From positions 55,733 to 75,732 of the IMG/VR virus record IMGVR_UViG_3300008120_000147: a DNA stretch of 20,000 nucleotides; one strand, given 5' to 3'. The notes beneath the pieces are model-generated. The model was not told the origin of the DNA. It worked only from the letters and a program-made list of their open reading frames with translations, and did not search any database. This stretch comes from an uncultured virus (IMG/VR IMGVR_UViG_3300008120_000147) (Duplodnaviria > Heunggongvirae > Uroviricota > Caudoviricetes). This document shows positions 8,057 to 16,900 of this stretch, piece after piece. The position numbers were made by a program, and so were the translations under genes. How positions within the stretch are numbered: position 1 is the stretch's first letter; each line of letters opens with the position of its first letter.

Positions 8057-8904
8057 TACCTGTATTTAAAACTCTCAAACGTTTTTACTATGTTTGAAAA
8101 TTTTATTGGGACTTTTGTTTCTTGAATAGGATTTGCGAGATTGTGTGTGACTTGTTTTACAAAAATAAAATGTTCCTGTGATTTCAAATCACTTTTTATG
8201 ACTGAAACTAAATCTTTATCTGTGTTTGAAATTAAAAAATCAAACATTTGAGCAGAATTTTTAGCCAATTCTATAACCTTGACCTCATCATCATAAAAAT
8301 AAACATTTTGATATTTTTTTATGTCTTCTTCTATAAATTTATTATCATCTGTTTTTTTTCCTATCAAATGTTGTATCAATAATCTAACTTTTTTATGAGT
8401 GATATAATCAGTGTCTCTATTATAAAAAGTCTCTGATAGATAATAGAATTTTTCTATTTTTAGACCAAGTTCAGATAATTTTACATTCAATTTTTTTATT
8501 ATAGGTAAATAGTTATTTTCTGAATTCTTTGAACATATCACATAAATATCATCGTTTGTATTCTTTAGATGTTGAAAATTATGTAATAATATAGAATGTT
8601 CTAAGTTATCAATTATTTCAGAATTCATGAACTCCTGCATTGAAAATGCCAAACTTGTAATATCAACTCTATGGTTCTTACACTTTATTTTAATATCATT
8701 ATATAAATTTTCAGGTAACCAATAGTCTATATTTGAAATCTTTAAAGGTGTATTATATTTTCTATAAACTCCTTTTTTTATAAGGTTGAACTCTGAAGTA
8801 GTAATTTTTATTATAGGATACTTAGGATTTGTTTTACTAACAATCCAAACATCACTTTTAACTGATATTAAAACATCTAAATCAAAAAAATGTGCTGATT
8901 TCAT
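8053..8904 (-). CDS. HAD-fold protein (possibly degenerate) with C-terminal KTFESF tag
   Basis: N-terminal HFFDLDVLI, IYVICSK, VYFYDDE motif IV; ends IVKTFESFKYRY. Confidence 0.55.
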   Translation of the reverse strand: MKSAHFFDLDVLISVKSDVWIVSKTNPKYPIIKITTSEFNLIKKGVYRKYNTPLKISNIDYWLPENLYNDIKIKCKNHRVDITSLAFSMQEFMNSEIIDNLEHSILLHNFQHLKNTNDDIYVICSKNSENNYLPIIKKLNVKLSELGLKIEKFYYLSETFYNRDTDYITHKKVRLLIQHLIGKKTDDNKFIEEDIKKYQNVYFYDDEVKVIELAKNSAQMFDFLISNTDKDLVSVIKSDLKSQEHFIFVKQVTHNLANPIQETKVPIKFSNIVKTFESFKYRY

Positions 8905-9152
8905 GACTTATAATTAGTTACTCTATATTTTATTGGAAATGGACCACTAGCAAATGGATCATCTTCATATTGTCTTTCTTCCCACGAAACACCACCACTT
9001 AACTCTGTATTAAAACTTTTACATTTAGGACAATAGGGTGGTTCAATTTTTACTATCTCACCGGTCTCATCACTTTCAACCATATCATTTTCTGTAAAAT
9101 AAAATTGAGCTTTACACCAAGCATTTTGACAAATTTTAGGTATCATTTCCAT
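8901..9152 (-). CDS. Small zinc-ribbon protein
   Basis: CQNAWC ... CPKC. Start set at ATG 9152 because the longer ORF-track start lies inside a terminator. ATGA overlap with the next gene. Confidence 0.65.
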   Translation of the reverse strand: MEMIPKICQNAWCKAQFYFTENDMVESDETGEIVKIEPPYCPKCKSFNTELSGGVSWEERQYEDDPFASGPFPIKYRVTNYKS

Positions 9153-9180
9153 AATGTATATATAAAAAAAATTAGTTACT

Positions 9181-9208
9181 AAAAAGCCTCTCAAACGAGA
9201 GGCTTTTT
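9181..9208. terminator. Bidirectional-type intrinsic terminator
   Basis: AAAAAGCCTCTC-AAAC-GAGAGGCTTTTT perfect inverted repeat. Confidence 0.85.
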
Positions 9209-9663
9209 TATCTTATTAAGTTTTTACTTACCGCAAAATCATAAAGTATAGGCAAATTCAAATATTTTATAAAATTGTCTCTTATCTCATATAATTTTTT
9301 TGATCTTTTTATAGTGTTAACTATTATAAAACCAAACTCTTCTTGAAAATCTAAATAAGCCTCACACCATGGTCTGTTATAATGTTCTAAAACTCTCCAT
9401 TCATTATAACCACCAGTCAACCAAAATAAACTTTTTTCTGGTATTATGTCTTCAATATTCACATCTTGTATTTCTAAATTCCAGATATCACTTTTAAAAT
9501 CAACTTCTCTCATCATTATTGCCACGGCCTCTGCTAAATCCTGCGTCATCTCTTTACCAATTTCAAAGAAAAAAACAGAATTATTTTTACTTACTTTTAC
9601 TTTACCATCAGAAAAAATTGTTTTTGATGGGTCGTTTTCAAGTAATAACTTTTTCTTCTTCAT
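9208..9663 (-). CDS. Hypothetical protein
   Basis: 151-aa ORF with ATG start, fitting between the upstream gene and a terminator; no motif recognised. Confidence 0.7.
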   Translation of the reverse strand: MKKKKLLLENDPSKTIFSDGKVKVSKNNSVFFFEIGKEMTQDLAEAVAIMMREVDFKSDIWNLEIQDVNIEDIIPEKSLFWLTGGYNEWRVLEHYNRPWCEAYLDFQEEFGFIIVNTIKRSKKLYEIRDNFIKYLNLPILYDFAVSKNLIR

Positions 9664-9672
9664 AACAAATTA

Positions 9673-9966
9673 TTATTTTTTGTTTAGTCTAATACCACTA
9701 TTCCATACACCATTAAAATAGCCGTCTTCAAAAATTCCATTCAACCAATTACCATAAAATCCACCATTTTTAAATATACCATATAACCAATCCCCATTCA
9801 TAAAAATACCCTCATGCCAAATCAGTGTGTTATTATGAATTTCAACTATAGCCTTATCGACCTCAGCATCTATTAACCAATAAAATTTCAGTGACTTTAG
9901 TATATTTATGATTTCTCTTTGGTTAGTATAAGTTTTTCCATTATACTTTAATTCTAAAAATTCCAT
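9673..9966 (-). CDS. Hypothetical protein with aromatic-x-x-G short repeats
   Basis: WHEGIFMNGDWLYGIFKNGGFYGNWLNGIFEDGYFNGVWNSG; ATG 9966 lies downstream of an AATATATA motif. Confidence 0.7.
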   Translation of the reverse strand: MEFLELKYNGKTYTNQREIINILKSLKFYWLIDAEVDKAIVEIHNNTLIWHEGIFMNGDWLYGIFKNGGFYGNWLNGIFEDGYFNGVWNSGIRLNKK

Positions 9967-10077
9967 AATAAATAATAAATTATAAGTTATATATTCTGTA
10001 ATTTTTATCAAATATTTGTTAGGTGTGGATTTTTTAAAAAATTCAAAGATTTATTAAAAAAAAATTATTTTAAATAA

Positions 10078-10105
10078 AAAAAACCGAGTTTTTACTCGGT
10101 TTTTT
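10078..10105. terminator. Intrinsic terminator
   Basis: AAAAAACCGAGT-TTTT-ACTCGGTTTTTT inverted repeat just after the stop of 10112-10480. Confidence 0.85.
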
Positions 10106-10111
10106 ACAATT

Positions 10112-10480
10112 TTATAATTTTGAAAATTCGTCTAAAAATTCTCTTTCTTCTTTCACCAAAGAACTCATACCATATTTATGTATTTTATCAAGTATTTTAT
10201 CCACATCTAATTCAATAGAAATATTTGAATCAATCTCAACAACACAATTTGGAATTGAAAGAAAAACACTATCAACAACGTCAGTAAAGTGAACCTTTTG
10301 TTTATCGCTATTAAATGTGTAAGCAAATAATTTATGAGAATCTAAATCTATAAAAATCTTATGTAGATTATATTTAGTTCTTTTTTCTAAAATCTCTTCA
10401 AAAATTAAGCTGTATTTATCACAGATAAGTTTAAGATCTTGATTTTTTGTGATTGAATAGTCTATACAAATTATGTTCAT
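10112..10480 (-). CDS. Hypothetical protein with C-terminal DUF6576-like domain
   Basis: VDKILDKIHKYGMSSLVKEEREFL resembles the 'VDxILDKIxxxGYxSLxxEEKxFL' tail of Bacteroidota rhomboid proteases. Confidence 0.65.
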   Translation of the reverse strand: MNIICIDYSITKNQDLKLICDKYSLIFEEILEKRTKYNLHKIFIDLDSHKLFAYTFNSDKQKVHFTDVVDSVFLSIPNCVVEIDSNISIELDVDKILDKIHKYGMSSLVKEEREFLDEFSKL

Positions 10481-10499
10481 AGTGGTAATTTTTATAATA

Positions 10500-10530
10500 C
10501 AAATATAAGGCTTATTTAAAAATAAACAAA
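10500..10530 (-). promoter_or_regulatory. Bacteroidota sigma-A type promoter (TTTG-N19-TAnnTTTG)
   Basis: Minus strand TTTG (10530-10527), 19-nt spacer, TATATTTG (10507-10500), 19 nt before ATG 10480. Confidence 0.7.
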
Positions 10531-10600
10531 TATTTTATTGAAAATTTTTTAGAAATAGATGTTTTAGATTTAATATATACCTAAAAAATTACTTTTTAGA

Positions 10601-13330
10601 ATGAAATATCTAAATAACAGAGACGAATTTCTCAATGCTATAAAAACAGTAAAATATGAAGATTTTAAACTAAATGAGTCTGTTGACATGACTAACTCTG
10701 GTCCATTTAGTAATGATGTGCCTTGGGGTGATACATTAGTCGGAAGATTAGTTAATGCAATAAGGAGAAAAATAGGTATTGGAGTTAATATAGTTCGAAT
10801 ACAACCATTAATAAGAAGGTTAAAAACAGAATTTGACAATATTATTGAATATTCGCTTGTAGGTGAGTTATCCGAGGAAGATAAGAAAAAAATGGTAATG
10901 ATAATTATCTGTACTATAATAAGAGATATTAAACTTGCGATTATAGATAGTGCTTCAACAGGAGATGATTCTGATGAGTTAGCAGATATAGCCAACTTTG
11001 AGATTTCTGATGATAAAATGACACCAATAAAAGACGAAGACTATCTAAAAGAAGTCGATAGTATAATCACCGAAGTAATTATTCTTATACAGGATATTTC
11101 TGTTGAAATCGGTGTTGAAATAGACAATCAAGATGAGTTGATAAAAATATTACAGGAACTTCAAAAACAAGTCAAAGAAATGAAGAAGAAGTTCAAAGAA
11201 GAAGAAGAAGGCGCGCAAAAAGATGAAGAGGATAAAGAAAATAAAGACAACTCAAAATCCAAGTCTTACAACGAAAACTTTAAATCAGTTGCTCAGCTAA
11301 TGATTCAATATAAATCAGCCAAAGACAAACAAGCGGAATTATACAAAGGTAAAAATATATTGGCTGGAAAAGAAGTGGCTGGAAAAGAAGTGGCTGGAAA
11401 AGAAGTGGCTGGAAAAGAAGTTGGTCCAGGCTCTGAATTAGGTAAGTCAAACAAAGAAGTGACTGCTGAGGTAGATAATAAAAATCTTTCTAGAGTAACA
11501 GATTCTTTTTTATTCGAGGCAAACCAACAATCACCCGTGCTTTTACAATTAAAAAAGACATATGACACATTTATACAAATAGAACCGGATACTATAAAAA
11601 GTCTGGAATCTTACTTAAAAATGAGTGAAGAAAATCAGTTAGCATCAAAATTCTCTGGCGCTTTAGATAGAATCTATACTCAAATTAGAAAAAAACAAGG
11701 AATATCAGAAAGAATTTTAATTAAAGAGGACATAAATGTATTGTTATCTAATGATACAAAAATAGCCGATTCAATTAACAATTTATATAATGTATCAAAA
11801 CAAAAACCAGACGGTTCTTTTGATGGTATAAGTCCAGAAATGAAATCAGCATTAGTAAGTTTCAATACAACAATGAAGAATATTCTATCAAGTGAAAAAA
11901 CAAAAGATACTTCAGATGAAGACAAAGAAGAGGTAAATAAAAATATCTCTGATGTAATGGACTCTTTTAGTTCTAGAAAATTAATGAGATATAATAGCTT
12001 CAGAAAAATAAATGAAGCAGATGACAATACGAGTAAGGGAGATGATAATAAAGCTCAGAAACTTGAAGATGTTGAGTTTGTAACTATTTCTAATCAAAAA
12101 TCTATACTATCCGCATATTGGACAGAAATTTATGAATCTAAAATATCTAAAATCTTAGTTACAGAACAAAAATACAAAGAACTTAAAAAAGAGGTTGTTA
12201 AAATAAATGTTGAAGTCAAAACAGCATTAACACTGGATGGAATGGATCCAATTATCTCAGTATTGAAGTTATTTAACCGAGCTTACAAATTATACACAGT
12301 AAATTCTATACCAGGTGGAAGAACGGGTGGTAAAATTTCAAGAGGTGTTTCAAATGAGTACACACCTGTTGGTGGGGGTAGCTTTGGTTCTGGTGAAAAT
12401 TTGTCAGGTACTAATGGACCATACAGAAACAATAGAATATTTAATATGTGGGAAAATGCAGTTTTAGACATAACTAGAGATAGAAAATATCAACCGATTT
12501 TTTCAAAGAAAACTAAAATAAGAGTAGGTGATGAATTAAAAGAAGCAGCTGGTCCTATTTTTCTAAAACTAATAAATGATTTGTTAGATGGTTCTAAGCT
12601 CTATGGACAAGGACAAACAGGTAAAGGCGCACAGCATGAATTCATTGAAAAATACTTTGGTACTGAATCCGCTGGTGAAATAAAGCCTGAAGCTATATCA
12701 CCTGGTGGTGCAGAGGAGACTAAGCAGACTCAAGAAATAGCAGAAAAAGTAAAATCTACTCAATTAAGTTTTGAAGATAAAGAATTCGAAATCAAAAATG
12801 TTGGTGATTTGAAAAGAACTATAATTAAACTAGAAGTTGACATGATACCTAAAGATGGTCTATCTGATGAAGAAAAAGAAAAATTAAAAGAAAATAAAGA
12901 ATTTACAACAGAAAAAAGATATTTCCTAATCTTAGAAGGGAATAATGATTTGTTGTATGTTATCCACTCAAGCACATTCTTCAACATATTGAAGTATATC
13001 AGAAATGATTTTGAGAAAAAAGGTGGTGAAGTGACATTCAAAGACTCATCATTATTGGCTGAACTTGATAGAGATGTATATCTTATGAGAATGAAACCAC
13101 AAAACTTCAATAAAATGATAAGAAAAGGAACGATTGTAAATCTTGTAGGATTAAAATCTGACAGCACATCAAGCATTGATTTAGGAAAACAAAAAACTAT
13201 TTCGAGAAAATGGCTTTGTCAAGACGAAGAAAAAAATAAGTATTTGCTAGAAAACTACAGCTATAAAAACGCAAAAGGTTTCGCAACAGATAGACTAGCA
13301 TCAAATACGAGAGAAAGTACAATTGTATAA
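10601..13330 (+). CDS. Large hypothetical protein, probable virion head-internal protein
   Basis: 909-aa ORF; MKYL start, several tag/[LI]-x-E segments next to low-complexity linkers; upstream of the sheath gene, with an AATATATA motif. Confidence 0.7.
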   Translation: MKYLNNRDEFLNAIKTVKYEDFKLNESVDMTNSGPFSNDVPWGDTLVGRLVNAIRRKIGIGVNIVRIQPLIRRLKTEFDNIIEYSLVGELSEEDKKKMVMIIICTIIRDIKLAIIDSASTGDDSDELADIANFEISDDKMTPIKDEDYLKEVDSIITEVIILIQDISVEIGVEIDNQDELIKILQELQKQVKEMKKKFKEEEEGAQKDEEDKENKDNSKSKSYNENFKSVAQLMIQYKSAKDKQAELYKGKNILAGKEVAGKEVAGKEVAGKEVGPGSELGKSNKEVTAEVDNKNLSRVTDSFLFEANQQSPVLLQLKKTYDTFIQIEPDTIKSLESYLKMSEENQLASKFSGALDRIYTQIRKKQGISERILIKEDINVLLSNDTKIADSINNLYNVSKQKPDGSFDGISPEMKSALVSFNTTMKNILSSEKTKDTSDEDKEEVNKNISDVMDSFSSRKLMRYNSFRKINEADDNTSKGDDNKAQKLEDVEFVTISNQKSILSAYWTEIYESKISKILVTEQKYKELKKEVVKINVEVKTALTLDGMDPIISVLKLFNRAYKLYTVNSIPGGRTGGKISRGVSNEYTPVGGGSFGSGENLSGTNGPYRNNRIFNMWENAVLDITRDRKYQPIFSKKTKIRVGDELKEAAGPIFLKLINDLLDGSKLYGQGQTGKGAQHEFIEKYFGTESAGEIKPEAISPGGAEETKQTQEIAEKVKSTQLSFEDKEFEIKNVGDLKRTIIKLEVDMIPKDGLSDEEKEKLKENKEFTTEKRYFLILEGNNDLLYVIHSSTFFNILKYIRNDFEKKGGEVTFKDSSLLAELDRDVYLMRMKPQNFNKMIRKGTIVNLVGLKSDSTSSIDLGKQKTISRKWLCQDEEKNKYLLENYSYKNAKGFATDRLASNTRESTIV
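11361..11420 (+). repeat. In-frame 15-bp tandem repeat x4 (AGKEV)
   Basis: TGGCTGGAAAAGAAG, four perfect copies. Confidence 0.95.
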
Positions 13331-13884
13331 TGAAATATTTGAAAAAATATCAACTCTTTTTAGAAGAAGATGAGTTTGAAATTAAAGACACAGATAAAGA
13401 AGATGTAAAATTATCAAAAGATAAACTTAATCTTTTGAAAAAACATCTTACTGAATATCAGTCAAAAAAACAAGCAATTGATGAAGTCTATAAAAACTCT
13501 CAAAATTTAGAAGAGACAGGTGAAAAGATTAAAACAATTTTAGGTGAAGAATCAGAAGAGAGAAATCCATTTTTAGTAGATTATAACAACATTGCAAGAA
13601 TAACCAAAGAAATTGATATTATTCATAAAGAGTTAGTTCAAGATAAATTAAGAGCAGATGACTTTAGAGAAGAATCAACTTTAGTGAAAGACTCAGAGAC
13701 TAAAGCCGCAATTGTTGGTAAACTAACAGATGTTCAGAATAGAATAGCGGAAAAAAACAAAAAAATTGTTGATAAACAAAAAGAAATACAAGAGCTAACT
13801 ACCGAACATCAGGAAAAAATGTCTCAAATGAAAGAGGATATGGAAGAATATATCAAAAAAATATCCGAAACAGAGAAAAAATAG
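13330..13884 (+). CDS. Coiled-coil protein with N-terminal capsid-targeting-like tag
   Basis: MKYLKKYQLFLEE start; E/K-rich heptads; TAATG overlap with the upstream gene. Confidence 0.7.
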   Translation: MKYLKKYQLFLEEDEFEIKDTDKEDVKLSKDKLNLLKKHLTEYQSKKQAIDEVYKNSQNLEETGEKIKTILGEESEERNPFLVDYNNIARITKEIDIIHKELVQDKLRADDFREESTLVKDSETKAAIVGKLTDVQNRIAEKNKKIVDKQKEIQELTTEHQEKMSQMKEDMEEYIKKISETEKK

Positions 13885-13907
13885 AAAAAATATCATTTTA
13901 AAAGTTT

Positions 13908-13915
13908 TATATATA
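13908..13915 (+). promoter_or_regulatory. Candidate late promoter WATATATA upstream of the tail sheath
   Basis: TTTTATATATAC; the same motif recurs upstream of about 12 genes. Confidence 0.55.
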
Positions 13916-13943
13916 CTTTAAATTAAAAAATTAAAATAACAAT

Positions 13944-16900
13944 ATGGCAATTCAAATTGGAAAATACAAGAGACCAGGAATCTTCATAGAAGAATTTGAC
14001 AATTCAATAATCGCTTCTCCAGTTGTTGAAGGTATAACTAACCTTATCATAGGTGTTTCTAAAAAAGGACCTGTGAATACACCAATTAGAGTACAGACAG
14101 TTGGTGACTTTGAAGCCATTTTTGGTCAATTGGACAGAAATCTTGAAAGAAAAGGTTCTTTCTTTCATAGAACAGTTGCAAAAATGCTTGAGACAGCGCC
14201 AGTTTTCGCGATGAATCTTTTAATGACAGATGATAATTTAGACTTAATTGATTATAAATCAATGTCTTCATCAGCACAATATAATAATGACATTTTAAGA
14301 GATGGTCCTTATAGAAGATTTTTCGATACAACAGGGTTCTGGAAAAGAGATACTGAGTCATTCATTAACTTAACTAAAAATAATACAGGTTATGCAGAGA
14401 GAGCATTTAGTTTCACTAATCTTTCCGACAGAGCAATATCAGTATTTATTTTTAAATCAAGTTTAGTTGGATTCAATAGAACTCTATTAGAATGGTACGG
14501 TTCTATTGACAAAATGCCAACCTATGTTAATCCACAAGATTACGCATCTGACTATTTAGTAGATGTAGTTGTAGTTGGAGGAGACTGGTCAAACTATCAA
14601 GAACTAGCTGTTGATACAAGATGGAGTGCTTATTTTAACGCATCGGGTCTTAGAAAAGAACAAATTAGAAATTTTGCCAATGACAGAAATGTAAACCTAC
14701 TAGCATACTACGAAGGTTTATCATTAATTCCATATTTTAGAGATTTAAATGGTAGAAATATTTTCATTGAAACCACTATTAACAGAGACACAGATAGAAC
14801 TGGTTTATTCTGCGCATTCAACACAGACTTAGTAGAAGATGATTACTACAATGGTTTGCTAGATATAATTGGTAATACAATTGTTGGCCAAGTAGAAGCA
14901 GATATTGACTTTTTATCATATAAAGAAACAATTGCTGAACAAATTGAAATAACAGCAGTTCCATTAGATTTACCAGGAAACGTAACATCTATATTTGGAG
15001 CAACCGGTGCTTATAGTTCAGGATATCAAGGTCAGGATGAACACGCTTTTGGTGAATCAGGTATTTACGGACCTAACGGAGGCGGTGATCCTGCTACAAC
15101 ATCAGCAGTTATCAATAACGGTGATAATAGAACTGGATGGTTTGGTGAAGGGTCAGTTTATAACGTGGAAGAAGGAACAACAAGCTTAACTGGAACTGGT
15201 TCTATTTCAATTAGTTATAATGTAGGCGCAGGAGCTTTTGCTATTATTGGTGATACTTATATAACTTTATCAACTACATCATCAACTACAGAAACATTGA
15301 CTGTTAATTCTAGTGATTATCCTATATCATCTAGCACAAACTCATATGTAGCAACTTTTGTTGTAGACTCTACAGGAGAATTTAAAACAATAACATCTAC
15401 TTTAGCATTTGACGGCACTAATTATCCGACGGTAAGTAGCACAGATGTAGTTTTAGGTTATGTAACATTCGGAATAGGTAGCAATGGTCAATTCGCTGGT
15501 GGAAAAACTATGTCTAGAGTAACAATTGACTCTAACGGATTCAAAAACCTTAACTTTGGAACAGCATCAGGAAATGACTTCTATATATCAGAAGTGAATG
15601 GCGTTGGTTCTGGAGATTCAATAAAAATTGAATTCTTAGGCACAAACACACAACCTTCAGTAAGAAACTATGCACAATACAGAAGGTTTAAAATGTTTAA
15701 TAGATTAGTAAATCTTATTGATAGCCCTAATAAAAATAAAATGTCTCTAAACTTAGGAAAAACTAAAAATTATAGAAAAATTAGTTTTGACCAAATTGAA
15801 ATTAGTGATATTCAAACTAATTCAACTCAAAACAAATCTTTTGTTTTGAAAACAGGACTAACTTCATCTGAATTATCAGAAGTATTACAGGGTCAACTTG
15901 TTATTTATACATTAGATAACGAATTTATTCTTGGTTCTGAATCAGTATCTACAAAAGAATCAGCAGCAACAACAACAGACGGTGTCGTGGCTAAATATTC
16001 TAAGTTTTATTCAAGATACTATGATGGTATTACAAATACTAGAGACTTCTTCTACAGCAACAGACTTTATCAAGATTATAGTGGTTCAACAAACACTTTA
16101 TTAGGTGAAATGGTTGACATTACGTTCTTAGACGGAGAAGTAGCTGCGGGTCTTACTTCATCATATGCAGGATATGACTACATTGTTTTTGAAACAGATG
16201 CGATGTCAGCCACTGCTGCGGCAATTCAATTAGATTTTCAGACTTATGAACAAATTTTGTTCCCAGGTGCTCAATTAAATAAAGGCACATTCACCATAGT
16301 AACAAATGCGGTTGATCCGTTAATGACACCAAATGAATTAGCTAATGAATTGGGTATACCAAATGGATTCGCTTACCAGATTAATGAGGAAGTTGAATTT
16401 GAATACTTACCTGAGCAAAATCTTGTTTATAATTTCTTAAAGAAACATTACTTAAAAATGTATCTTGAAAATGACGGAGACCTACAAGTAGAATTTTTAG
16501 ATGAACTTCTTGAATCAGATGAAGATGTTAATATTGAAGCTAATAATACATTCTATATTCAATCTAATAAATCAAATCTTAAACAAACAGTTGAGATTGA
16601 AATACCTACATCATATGTTCAAACACCAAATAAGATACTTATCAAAGGTGATAGATATACTGAAGTAAAAGTAGGTGATTTCTTAGAAGCTTATGTAGAC
16701 GAAAGTACTCTACAATTAGGTCAATATCCAAGAAAACTAACAAGAATTCTTAGCAAAAGAGCTTGGTCAGGTGACTCTACTCTTACAGAAGTAACTTGTG
16801 ATGCTAGAATTAAAAAATACAATTTTGGTGGTGATTATCAAACAATGAGATACGTTTCCATCGAAAATTATGTAACTACATACAAAGCAATTCCTTTGGA

